Shown piece after piece: positions 12,526 to 25,600 of a stretch of DNA of 64,000 nt. Every line of letters begins with the position of its first letter. Positions within the stretch are counted from its first letter, which is position 1. Both the position numbers and the translations under genes were made by a program. Origin of the DNA: Octopus sinensis (taxonomy: Eukaryota); contig NC_042998.1 of NCBI RefSeq assembly GCF_006345805.1, forward strand, positions 2,976,001 to 3,040,000. The letters are read 5' to 3'. The notes below the pieces were generated by a model. That model was not told the DNA's origin. It worked only from the letters and a program-made list of their open reading frames with translations, and searched no databases.

Positions 12526-14088
12526 AGAGATAAAAGTTTACTGCTAGAATTTGCAAAAAGTGTTCTCTCTCTCTAAAATGAAATGTCTCCATATGTCATG
12601 AAACTTAGCCAAATTTACAAATATCAATACTTAATGTGTTAGTTGACAAGAATTCAAGTTTTGTTAAGATTTCGAAAATCAAATCTGAACTAAACTATAG
12701 GTTTAGTAAAGGTTTCTTCATTCAAAAATATGACAAGATTCCAGGCATTATAAGTCACTTCAGACTTTTTACCAAACAGAGTTTTTTTGCTATCTAAAAT
12801 ATTTGAAAATAGGAGGTAACTTGAAACGAATTTATGTTTTTCATATTTTAACTTTGGAGTGTAAGAAATTCAAACAGTTATCAGTGTTTCCTCCCATTTC
12901 AATATTTCATGCAAGAACCATCTTGTTAATACCAATTATTGATGATAACAAGAAAGTCATTAAACCAAAACGGTTGCAAGAATATTATGCTCAAACTAAA
13001 CATAGATGTTCAAAATTTCACTAAAATTGCAAGAGAGTTAGGAGTTATGCATAAATCATAAAGAACTAGAAACAGTTTACGATCAACAGAAAAGGAAATG
13101 ATTAAAATGTAGAGATAATGAGGGAAATAAGTTTTGGGATCAAATAACTAAATAAGAATTTACACTTTTTTTTTTTCAATTTCTGATCAAAAAATATTCT
13201 TAAAAATTATTAGCATGTTTTCAGATATATATATATATATATATAGATATATATATATATATATATATATATATTCTATGATGAAAGCTCCTTTTATATC
13301 ACTCAGTAGCATTTTTTTTTAACACACTCAACAGGGAAACAGATAAGAAAAAGTATAGTGAATTTCTGATGATTTTTTTTATAAAGAAATTTGTTTTTAT
13401 GAAGAAATGTTGTAAACATGTTTTCAATCATATATTTTCCTATAATGCAAGCATCTACCTCAATAGCATTTTTTAACTCAAAAGCAAAATTTTTAAAAAA
13501 TAGGAATGAAAATGAAGAACTTTTTTTTTTTCAAAAAAATATCTAGTTTTTTGTTGGTGGGTTTTTTTTTGCCACCCCCCCCCCTTCGCTGGCCACAGCC
13601 AGAGTAGTCACTGGAACCAGTAAAAAGAAGAGTAAGTAAAATAAGCAGAAACGAAAGCATTCTAAATCACATCAAAAAGCAGACAAACAACTGAGGCACT
13701 ACTATTAATAGCCTACACTAATAACAATTGACTACAAACTGAAAGAAAGGTTAGCAACATGCAGTTTAGAAGAGATGTGTGGCAAAATGTTGCATTTTAA
13801 ACAAGTTGAACTTGAGAAAATACTGGAAAGCCGGAGTTTTCATATCAAAGGAATTTCAAAAGTAATAAAGTAATAACAGAAGACACACATTTGAAGCACT
13901 GCTGAAACCAGAAGCTTATACATATAGTCAGCAATTTTTGCCAAGGTTAGCCATAGCAACAATATTGACAACATCTCATGCTTTTAATATTGTTATTAAT
14001 ATTACTCATTTCTGTCTTTTTTTTCTTTTTTTTTTTCCAGTTTAGAAACATGAAGTAAAACAATGTGTAGAGTCCACATCTGACTCAC

Positions 14089-14218
14089 CAAGTCCCACTT
14101 TTGCTTGGCTTCCATCTCCAACAACAAAATGTGAATTCGGTCCACTTGATGGTAGATGCAGCATGGCTTTAGCTGACTTATTTTTCTTTTGTCTCGACCG
14201 CTTCTTTGACCTTGGCAT
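14089..14218 (-). CDS. Candidate first coding exon, MPRSKKRSRQKKNKSAKAMLHLPSSGPNSHFVVGDGSQAKVGL, ending in phase 1
   Basis: ATG at 14218 in an A-rich context (aaaaaATG) with an in-frame TAA just upstream. Strong donor TTG|gtgagt at 14089/14088. Candidate acceptors at 14238 (ctgtcccccag) and near 14402 (ttttcttaatttcag). Non-repeat sequence. Confidence 0.45.
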
Positions 14219-14584
14219 TTTTTCTATAAATTGTTAACCTGGGGGACAGAACATTTCCATACATTACAGCCTTCTCTAAGACAAAATATAAATTATCAAC
14301 AAAAAGATGCCACCTAGATTTTGTAAAAAGAGAGCAAGCATTCACAGAAGTAGGTTGTGAATTTGAGATAATTAAATTCACACCGCAACACCAGAATTTT
14401 ATCTGAAATTAAGAAAAAACAATTATGAATCTATCAGTTCATCAATATATCGGTCAATCAATCTATGTGTACATGTGTGCGCACATGTGCTTGTGAGTGT
14501 GTGTGCATGTGTGTAAATAAGTTGTTTTGAGGTTCGCAGTTTTGTATTATGAGGATGGGTGGCCACTCAACCAAAGCATCAGTT

Positions 14585-14768
14585 TAGGTGGCATCATATG
14601 TGCTCTGGAGCACCACCTTTAGTCAAGCAAATCAACCCCAGGACTTATTCTTTGTAAGCCTAGTACTTGTTCTATTGGTCTCTTTTGCCAAACCACTAAG
14701 TTACAGGGACGTAAACACACTAGCATTGGTTGTCAAGCAATGTTAGGGGGACAAACACAAACACACAA

Positions 14769-14801
<33 letters not shown>

Positions 14802-14938
14802 CACACACGAAAGGTTTCTTTCAGTTTCCATCTACCTAATCCACACACAAGGCTTTGGTCAGCCCAAGGCTATAGTAGTAGACACTTGCCCAAGGTGCCA
14901 TGCAGTGGGAATGAACCCAGAACCATGTGGTTGGTAAT
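14585..14938 (-). mobile_element. Family S1 SINE
   Basis: Colinear S1 body. Further copies at about 1-60(-), 1686-2135(+), 5395-5545(+), 8832-9175(+), 15694-16050(-), 20618-21018(-), 44795-44963(-), 54500-54847(-), 54885-55030(+) and 62659-63045(+). Confidence 0.75.
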
Positions 14939-16050
14939 CATATATATATATAGAGAGAGAGAGACAGTTAGACTGACAGGCAGGCAGACAGACAGGTACA
15001 TAAATACATACATACATACATACATACATACATAGGTAGATAGATAGATAGATAGACAGATATACACACACAGTAATGCCTCGATTTATGAGTTAATTTG
15101 TTCCTGGAAAACACTCATTAAGTGAAAACTCAAACAGAAAAATAAAGCTCATAAAAACTCATAAACCCAGGGTCTCATAAAGTGGATCCTTGTAAAGTGA
15201 CATATGACTGTGTGTATGTATATGTGTATGTATATGTGTGTATATATATATCATTATCATCTTTATATATATATATATATACATACACACACACATGCAT
15301 GCACTATTTTGAGAAGATGCATCAATCAAAGCAAAATTGCTGTCATCCATACACACAGGCTTGTCCGTTACAGGCACCGGTGCCATGTAGAATGCATTCA
15401 TACTGATGCTGTGCAAGTACACCCCGTACACTCTTTAAAACAGTTGGTGTTAAGAAGGGAACCCAGTTGTAGAAACCATGCCACAATTTGGAGTCTGCCA
15501 AGCTACCCAGTTGGTCAGCCCTTGTCAAACCATCCAACCCATGTCAGCATGGAAAATAGACGTTAAAAAAATGATGATGACGATGACTATTTTATTGAAG
15601 TTAATACTCTCCACCTTTGATGTATAAGTACTATTTTCCCACCTTGTTTTGCACCTATGTACTCACTTTGTGTGTGTGTGTGTGTAAATACATTCTTTTA
15701 GTCGAGCAAATCAACCCCAGAGCTTATTCTTTGTAAGCCTAGCACTTATTCTATTGGTCTCCTTTGCTGAACCACTAAGTTACAGGGACGTAAACACACC
15801 AGCATCAGTTGTCAGATGATGGTGGGGGACATGGGGGAACAAACACCCACCCACACACACACATATATATAGATATACATATATATACAACGGGCTTCTT
15901 TCAGTTTCTGCCTACCAAATCCATTCACAAGGCTTTGGTTGGCCCAAGACTATAGAAGAAGGCACTTACCCACGGTGCCACGCAGTGGGACTGGACCCAG
16001 ACCCATGTGATTGGTAAGCTCGCTACTTACCACACAGCCACTCCTGTGCC

Positions 16051-16115
<65 letters not shown>

Positions 16116-16295
16116 GGGGGGATGAAAAGGGATACAGCTTACACAGGAGGAATTCTTCAACTTTGTACAGGAGATCACAACAATTTCAGTACCTCCTAAC
16201 AATAATACAGTTTCCTGCAATGCCAAGCAACACTGATGCCATCAAAGAATGTCTGGATGTTAATTGCTTATTCCCATTGTAGCGGTTTTCTTTTT

Positions 16296-16327
<32 letters not shown>

Positions 16328-16473
16328 CCATTTATACCTCACTTTCTTGTAATCCAAGAAACCACATTGTGTATGAGAGAGAGAGAGTTTATGTGTGTGT
16401 GTGCATGCATGTGTGTGTGAATTTCACCTGAGTTACAACCATAAAAGGGACATAACCATGAACATAACTATTC

Positions 16474-16514
<41 letters not shown>

Positions 16515-17066
16515 GTAGTAGTAGTAGTAGTCTCTCGAGTTGTGGAAAGATGGCTGCATTACATAGTCAAAGGTGTATAGCGCACAAAGACCTGTGAGAG
16601 GAAATATTAAAGCAGGAGAACCTTGGCACAAGAACAGTCCCACTCTGTCAGCCATGGAAGTTAGGATCCACTGCCATGACAAATGGTGGCCTCTGAAGCT
16701 GCATTCAACAGAGGATGATAAAATGAGCACCAGGCTAAGAACTGGGGGCCAAAACATTGAAAATATCTCAGTAGAGCCCAGTAAGTGAAACTAGGGAAAA
16801 GTAATTTAAATTTCAGTTTGAGCAGAAGATTTTACTGTGTGAGAAGTCTAACTTACTGTCATCATCATCATCATCCGTTTTCCACATTGGCATAGGTTGG
16901 ACAGTTTGCCAGCAGGCTGCACCTGGCCCCAGTCATCTGATCTGACATGGTTTCTATGGCTGGATGCCCTTCTTAACACCAACCCCTTCACAGAGTGTGC
17001 TGAGTGCTTTTTATGTGGCTCCAATGCATGTGCTTTTTTACTTGACACTAGAATTATATAATACTA

Positions 17067-17470
17067 CTAGCAGTATAGCCCGGCGTTGCTCGGGTTTGTT
17101 TTCTTTTCGACCCTTTAGAATTGGAAATTTTGAAAAGTAAAAATTTTGCATTATGTAGCTTGTAATTCTCTTAAGTGAACATTTTTCTGGTTGAAATACA
17201 CTGAAAAATGGTGACCCAGCAGTAAAAAAAATCGTAAAAAATAGGGATTTTCATAGAAAAAAAGCACTTTTTTTATGTAAATAATTTTTGGTCTTAACAT
17301 GGTCCGATTTTAATTTTTTCTTCTATGGAATGAAGAGCAAGCCTTCTTCTATCATACTCTCAATTTTGGTCAACTTACGCCACAGGATCACGGAGGAAAT
17401 AGTGTTAGTTGAAGGCTACCAAACCTGCCACAAACACACACACAGACAACTTCAGCTTTATATGTATAGA
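17067..17470 (-). mobile_element. Non-autonomous Helitron, family H1
   Basis: On the minus strand, A|TC at the 5' end, the hairpin cccgagcaacgccggg near the 3' end, then CTAG|T. No TSD. Paralogous to 35811-36211. Confidence 0.75.
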
Positions 17471-18159
17471 TATTCATGGAGTACAGGTAGTGCTGCATGG
17501 TTAACAATTTCATGCCACAAACTGAGACACCAGGTTCAATTTCACTCAGTGGTGCTTTCAGCAGGTATCTTGACAGAACTTCGAATCAATCAAAGCCTTA
17601 TGAGAGTGAAATTGGAGTAGAGAGAAAATGTGAAGAAGAAAGCTTGTCACACAGTCTGTTACATGTGACTCAAAAGTCCAGTCACTCATTCTGTCACACC
17701 GATTCTGCCTGAGGATTGCATTAACACTACATGTGTCTGTGGAATATCTGATCACATCATTTTGACAGTCACTGATATTAAATGAAGTGTTAAACATTTC
17801 ATCATCATCATCATCGTTTAACGTCCACTTTCCATGCTAGCATGGGTTGGACAATTTCACTGAGGACTGGCGAAACAGATGGCTGCACCAGGCTCCAATC
17901 TTGATCTGGCAAGGTTTCTACAGCTGGATGCCCTTCCTAACACCAACCACTCCGAGAGTGTAGTGGGTGCTTTTACGTGCCACCTGCATGAGGGCCGTCT
18001 GGCGGTACTGGCAACAGCCATGCTAGAAATGGTGTTTTATAGAACACAAATTAATATCTCCTTGCAGGACTGAACTCAGAAACTACGTGGCTTGGAAGCA
18101 AATAGTACGCTCTTAATTTAAAAAAAATAAAAGGTAAAACACATTGGATAATGTGGTTT

Positions 18160-18790
18160 TAGGTACACTGATGCTTGAATGGAGACATGTAGACTGATGC
18201 TTGAATGGAGACATGTAGATTTGTGCTGCATCCAAGAAGAAAAAGTGGAGAGGAGGTTCTGCTAAGTTCCTCACAGGCAAAGAACATAGATACAAAATCT
18301 TCTGCGCAGGGAACACTGACGGGATCAGGGCGTGGGTATGGGTATACTTCTTGCAGAGAAATGGGTCGATAAGGTAATCAAGGTATTCAGAGTCTGTGAT
18401 AGAATACTCAAGATTAGATTAGTGCTTCATCATGGGTTAGCAACCATTATCTCAGCCTATGCCCCTCAGCCAGGGCTACCTGATGCTGACAACCTCGTCA
18501 ACGAATGACAGGGACCTTCTCTTTGTGGCTGGTGATTTCAATGGACATGTTGGTCAACATGCAGGAGGCTTCCATGGCACACATGGAGGCTATAGTTTTG
18601 GTTCTGGAGTTCTGCGATGCAAATGACCTTATGGTTTGCAATACTAACTTCAGGAAACCTGCCAGCCACTCAGTCACCTACCGATCTGGTAGTCACACTA
18701 GTTGAATTGACCACATCCTTACCAGGCTACTTATAAATGCCAAAACCTTCCCAGGGAAAGAATGTACCCCTCAACATAGACTAGTAGTTG
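18160..18790 (+). mobile_element. Decayed RTE LINE apurinic-endonuclease domain
   Basis: VDLCCIQE..WRGGSA, GILLAEKWVDKV, ISAYAPQ, AGDFNGHVG, LEFCDANDLMVCNTNF, IDHIL and QHRLVV across frameshifts. Confidence 0.8.
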
Positions 18791-19048
18791 GTTTCATTCT
18801 TATGTCAACAACTATTGTATCTTTTATCTTTTACTTGTTACACTCATTGGATTGCAGCCATGCTAGAGCACTGCCTTGAAGGGTTCTAGTCAAACAAACT
18901 TATGCTAGTACTTATTTTGAAGCCTGATATTTATTCTATCATCTGTTTTGCCAAGCCTATTAGCTGATGTAAACAACTGACCCCAGCTGTCAAGCCATAG
19001 GAGAGGCAAACACAGACAAACAAAAGCACACACATACTATATAGATTT

Positions 19049-19388
19049 ACTCTTTTACTTGTTTCAGTCATTTGACTGCGGCCATGCTGGAGCACCACCT
19101 TTAGTCGAGCAAATCAACCCCAGGACTTATTCTTTGTAAGCCTAGTACTTATTTTATCAGTGTCTTTTGCTGAACCGCTAAGTTACAGGGAGATAAACAC
19201 AGACACACAAACACACACACATATATACGATAGGCTTCTTTCAGTTTCCATCTACCAAATCCACTCACAAGGCCTTGGTTGGCCCGAGGCTATAGTAGAA
19301 GACACTTGGCCAAAGTACCATGCAGTGGGACTGAACCCAGAACCATGTGGTTGGTAAGCAAGTTACTTACCACACAGCCACTCCTGCA

Positions 19389-19389
<1 letters not shown>
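19049..19389 (-). mobile_element. Family S1 SINE, full length
   Basis: Colinear with the other S1 copies. Flanked by partial S1 pieces at about 18815-19025 and 19460-19610. Confidence 0.8.
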
Positions 19390-19447
<58 letters not shown>

Positions 19448-22400
19448 TGTATGGTGGTGGACCTCTGCACAGTTTCCATCTACCAAATTCACTCACAAGG
19501 CATTAGTCAACCTGAAGTTATAACAGAAGACACTTGCCAAAGTTGCCACACAATGAGATTGAACCCAAAACCCTGTAGTTACAAAGTAAGCTTCTTAACC
19601 ATAGAGCCATCCCTTCACTTACTGTAAAGGAAAAAAACTGTTTCTGAAAAATCTAGTCATTTAGCTTTGAATTTTCACAGAAACATCAGAAACATAATTA
19701 AGTCATCCCCAACAATCTCACCAAACTATTACAACTTATGCTCATGTAATGTTATTTTTTTAAATTGTAGAATTGTTACATATTTTCCACTATATTATGA
19801 GAATTTTATATTTCATAGTGTGGGGGAAAAATGTAATTTGACCTTGTAAAATCTCTTTACAATGGATTCATTCTTTTCTCAACATTTCTTAACTAAACAG
19901 GTTCATTTTTAGTTGCATAATTTTTCTTTTTATGGATTTTACATATAAAAGAAAACCATAAACTTTTACAAGTGTCAGGCAATAAATAGGCCTCAGACTA
20001 GAAAACTCTACTTGTATATTTATTCATTTGTGTATTTGTATATTCACACATCAATTTTGGGAGTAGTCTACAGCCATGATCAGTTCTAAATCCTCTTGAT
20101 ACCAATCTGACTGAAGTCACCCCTGGTTCTATGATACAAATTCCATTTAAAAGTGATTTGAATTAAAACCTTCAATCAAAATTTCATGTTATACTACACA
20201 TACTATATATATATATACTACATCATTATCATCGTTTAACGTCCGCTTTCCATGCTAGCATTGGTTGAACGATTTTGACTGTGGGCTGGCGAACCAGATG
20301 GCTGCACCAGGCTCCAATCTTGACCTGGCAGAGTTTCTACAGCTGGATGCCCTTCCTAATGCCAACCACTCCGAGAGTGTAGTGGGTGCTTTTTACGTGG
20401 GGGCCAGTCAGGTAGTACTGGCAATGACTCCGCTCATATCATATATACTACACATACTATATATTCCAAACACCAACTTAATAATGAGAAAGTTATAATT
20501 CTAAATTCTTCATTATTTTCAAAATTAATTGAAATAAAGGCAGTGCATTTCAGTGTTTATGGTAACAAAAGGGTTAAGGAATAAAATATCCTCCAGAAGA
20601 ATTTTGTTGTTTTTTGTTTTTTACTTGTTTCAGTCATTGGACTATGCTGGGGCACCACCTTTAGTGAAGGGGTTTAGTTAAACAAGTTGACCCCAGGATT
20701 TATTTTTAGGTCTGGTACTTATTCTACTCCATCAGTCCCTTTTGCTGAACAGCTACGTCACAGAGAGGTAAACAAACCGACAACCAACACCCGTTGTCAA
20801 GCAGTGGGATGGGGCAGGGTGGGGGTAGGGGTGAATGCAATGCAAAAACATACATGTAGATGTGCACATGATGAGCTTCTTCCAGTTTCCACCTAAAATA
20901 TTTGGGGAATTTGGTTGACCTGGAGCTTCACTTAGAGGACACTTACCCAAGGAGCCATGCAGTGGGATTGAACCTGAAACCATACGATCAGACAGCAAGC
21001 TTCTTTACCACACAGTCATTAAAAAGATTTTAGAAAACCAAGTTGTTTTAGTAACCTAACACCAGACATAGAAACCAAGGGAGAAAAAGCAGACTAAACT
21101 TTATAAACAGTGATAGTAAATAAAATGTAGTTTCTTTGAACAAAGCAGAGATGAAAATATCATTAAATCTGGCTGTTTTAGAACATTTTCTTTTATGTTA
21201 GGATTAAAAGCAAACATACACACGGCCAGATCTAGATATAGCAGCAGCAGTCAAGTTTAGACATTTAACTACCCCACTAGTTACTACTCAACTGTTTGCT
21301 TCCCTTCCAGTTGTTTCTGTTCCTTTTCTAATACTAAAATAAGAGTGTGAGCTTCCAAGGAACTCTCTCTCTTTCTCCCTCACACACACACACACACTTT
21401 CATCACTTCTTTTTACTCAAAATATAGTTTAGTTTTTGATATAAACAGAACATATATAACTTTGGTCAATACCAATATATTTTTTATTTTGGAATTCCTA
21501 AATATAAAGGAAATTCTGTTAGTTCTATCAGTATTGAAATACCTTCTAAATCATGTGGAGGGGGGGGGGCTTTTAATGACAAGAGCTCAGCCTCAGTAAA
21601 CATGGTCCGGACTGGATGAGAGATGATAATCACTCCAACATAGAACGGTAGTCTACCAGATCCAACATTCCCAAATAAGTTGCTACCTATTCTTGGTAGC
21701 TGGACTAATTAAAGCCACGCAGAATGATATCACCTGCCCAGAAATACCATGCAACATGTGTAATAGATTAGAACTCACAATCTATGAATTGGTAATTTAA
21801 TATGTTATCAACTGATCCATTTCAATTCTACTTAGGTTCATATCTACTTAGTTCAAAGAACAGAGCACATTCAGTATAATTGTTCCTATATTAGCTACAA
21901 TCATTACTACTAATCACTATATCATTGTATCAACCAGACTATTGGATGTTATCATACACCACTGATCACCATGCACTTCCTTGCATTGTCATAGCTTTCA
22001 AATGGCGCCACCCCACTTGCTAGACAAGCAGGCCTATGGCATGTAAGTGACCAAGAACACAACGTTCCTCCTACATGGGATGCCAATTCATCACATTTGC
22101 AACTGACTAGCCTGGAGCAACATGGAATGTTTTGCTCAAGAACACACACACAAACCTCCCAGTCCAGGAATTGAAACCATCTTGTAATGGTGAGTGCAAC
22201 ACCCTAACCACAACATCAAGTGTCTTCACTTATTCTTACTGCAAGCTTCATCACACATCCTATCTGCTGCAGATGTTTTAAAGCAAAGATCTGCGAGTTA
22301 TAGTTAGTTATTCATCCTATGACAGGCATACTCAGTCAGAACTGACCTAGTGCTATGCAACAACAACAACAGCAACAATAACATTCAACACCACAAACAT

Positions 22401-22740
22401 ACTGATGCTGTCAGGTTTAGCACAACCCTACTGAACCAGCTTCCAATTATATCCATATAAGAGACAAATGGTCAATTTAACTAAACCATAGCCATCACAC
22501 CCAAGCAGAAATAATCTGATAGCATGCACCATACTTTTGGTGCTTATATAGTTGCAAGAAAATACAGAAAGCAGCTCAATTCTCCTACTTCTTGACCCAA
22601 CAGAACATTGAGGATATGACAGCTGGTGTAAGTAAAGGGCTTGTGCCAGCACTGGGTTGGAGATCATTTTCAGTTGAGCAGACTGGACCAACATGTAATG
22701 AAATGTCTAGATCAAGAACACTGCACATGACCTTAGAATT

Positions 22741-22806
22741 GAAAGCCTTTAATATTACAAAGCCTTTAATATTAAAAGCCTTTAATATTAAAAACCTTTA
22801 ATATTA
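22741..22806. repeat. Four tandem copies of a 16-17-bp unit
   Basis: (a)aaagcctttaatatta repeated four times. Confidence 0.85.
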
Positions 22807-24104
22807 GGTCCCATGGTATTACTTAAACTTCACATGAATGATTTATAAAGCAATGTTTGCAACTCTGAATCAACATTGTAGTTTAGATATCACTGACCAA
22901 TGAATGAATCCAGTGGTCAGTGATATCATCATCCTCATTATCATTTAACATCTATCTTCCATACTGGCACAGGTTGGACAGTTTGATCCAGCAAGTTGCA
23001 AGGCTGCACTAAGTTTTAATATCAGCTTTAGCATGGTTTCTACAGCTGGATACCCTTCCTAATGCCAACTATTTGACAGCGTGTACTAGGTGCTTTTTAT
23101 CACACCCCTGGCACTTGTGAAGTTGCCAAGCAATTTGCAACAGAGAAGAAGAACGGGGGGGGGGGCAAAAAGGCTCCAGTTACTAAGTATGTGTGGTGGG
23201 GATTTGAGTGGGTAGGTGGTTTTATGCCAAGTGTTGAAGACTAAAATATAATAGAGAGACAAGCATAAGCATTTTGCTGATGTGTGACATGTGGGATAAC
23301 CATTAAATGCTTTGTGTCATATCCAATTCTGTTCCTGTAAAAAGATTTGAATGGTTTCCAACCTTTTTATTATGCCAGATTTATAACAGTCATAAAATAT
23401 TATAAAGTAAGACACCAATCACTTGCCATTAAGACTTAGTATTCAATTTCTAGCTGCAGTAAGAAATCATTTCCTAATATTCATGAAAATCAAAATTGGA
23501 TTCCACCCAACCAAAAATCTTTATCCTCCATACCTCATTGGATATGACAATGAAAAATCATTTCAGTAATAGTCATATCAACCTACATCCAAAAATGGAG
23601 ATGCATTTTTTTTTAAAGTTTAAATAAAATTAAGTATAACTGTTGTCAACAGATATTTATTATAATTGTTATAAGCAGCAAAATGTTAGCAGCAAATATT
23701 TGCAGGTTACAAGAGCTTTTCATTTGTCAAGTGCAAACAAGTTAAGCAGATCTTGTAATTTGGTACCGTTTTGGCTGCCTCAATATAATAGTCACAAATC
23801 ATTTATACGACACTCCGTGAACAAAAACAAAGTAAATGATATAAAATAAAATAAAACAATTTACTAAACAAAACAGGAAAAATAAGCTTAATGCCAAAAT
23901 CTTAAAATAGAAAACAGAAATACAATGACTAGAAAAACATGTGAGGGTAATAATAAAGAATGGGATCTTACACATGTGCACACACACACAAAGTCACGGT
24001 CTCAGACATAACTGCATGTCATATATGTGTCATTTGTTTGTCTGAAGTGTGGTACTCAAACCCTTATTAGGACTTCCTAGACAAAGGAATAAAGGTAGTC
24101 ACTG

Positions 24105-24742
24105 AGTAATTTGAACCTCTAAGGCACCTGTGCCAGTGACACGCAAAAGGTACCTGTGTCGGTGACAGCTAAAAAGCACCCATGCTGGTGGCACATAAAA
24201 GGCACCTGTGCTGATGGCACATTGAGGGGACTCGTGCCAGCGGACCATAGAAGGCACCTATGCCAGTGGCATGTAAAAGACACCTGTTCTGGTGATACAT
24301 AAAAGGCATTAGTGCCAGTGACATGTAAAAGGCACCTGTGTTGGTGACACATAAAAGGCACCTGTGCTGGTGATATGTTAAAGGCACCCATACTGGTGAC
24401 AAGTTACAGACACCCATGCTGGTGACGAGATAAAGACACCCATGCTGGTGACACATTAAAGACACCCATGTAGGTGACACATTAAAGACACCCATGTAGG
24501 TGACACATTAAAGACACCCAGGCTGGTGATATATTAGAGGCACTGTGCTGGTGACACATTAAAGGCACCCAGTACATTCTATAGAGTGGTTGGCATCAGG
24601 AAGAGCACCCAGTCATAGAAACTAAGCCAAAACAGACAACTGGAGCCTGGTGCAAGCTCTCTGGCTCACCAGCTCCAGTCAAACTGTCTAACCCATGCCA
24701 GCATGGTAAGCGGATGTTAAATGATGATAATGATGATGACTC
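24105..24742 (+). mobile_element. Family R copy containing an expanded 26-bp minisatellite
   Basis: About 17-18 units of aaggcacctgtgctggtgacacataa at 24121-24575, then the standard R 3' end and (GAT)n. Confidence 0.75.
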
Positions 24743-25150
24743 AGACACAGCTTGCTTCTATCCTCACTCACTATACTATTCACCTCATACCTTGAGGTAT
24801 CACCTGGATACCTCTTTGCTACTGTTTACCTATTTGGAGACACAACGAATTCATTCTCACTCACTCCCCTAAATGTGAATAGCCATGTAGTTCCTCTACA
24901 ACATAAAAACCTGCTGCTCTGCCCCAACCTCTTCTCTCATACCTGAACCTCACCAAGCATAAGGATGCATCCCACCCCTGCCCTTTGCCTCAGGTTATGT
25001 AGACTTGTGAGCTGCATGGTGACCTCAAAAGAGCCAGTAGCATCAAGAGAGTACTTAGTACACACTGTAGAGTAGTTGGCGTTGGGGAAGGCATCTGGCT
25101 GTAGAAGTCATGTCAAAGCAGACATCTGACCCATCTAATCATGGATGATG

Positions 25151-25600
25151 ATCATCATCATCATCGTTTAGTGTCCGCTTTCCATGCTAGCATGGGTTGG
25201 ACGATTTGATTGCGGTCCGGCGAACCAGATGACTGCACCAGACTTCAATCTGATCTGGCAGAGTTTCTACAGCTGGATGCCCTTCCTAATGTCAACCACT
25301 CCAAGAGTGTAGTGGGTGCTTTTACGTGCCACCGGGCCAGTCAGGTGGTACTGGCAATGGCCACACTCAAATGGTGGTTCTTATGTGCCACCTGCACAGG
25401 AGCCAGTCCAGCGGCACTGGCAACAACCTTGTTTGAATGTTTTTTCACGTGCCACTAGCACAAGTGCCAGTAAGACGACGCAGGAAATGATCACACTCAA
25501 ATGGTGTTTTTTAAGTGCCACTGGCATGGAGACCAGCCTGTTGCTCTGGCAACGATCATGCTCGTAGCGCTCCACTAGCACGGATGCCAGTCATCAAATT
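25151..25600 (-). mobile_element. Family R copy, tail-to-tail with a plus-strand copy at about 25000-25150
   Basis: The junction reads ...catggatgatgat|catcatcatcatcgttt.... Confidence 0.7.

Noticed and set aside
24121-24575. CRISPR-like array
   Set aside because: The units are contiguous with no unique spacers, lie inside a retroposon, and have no cas genes nearby; the context is eukaryotic.
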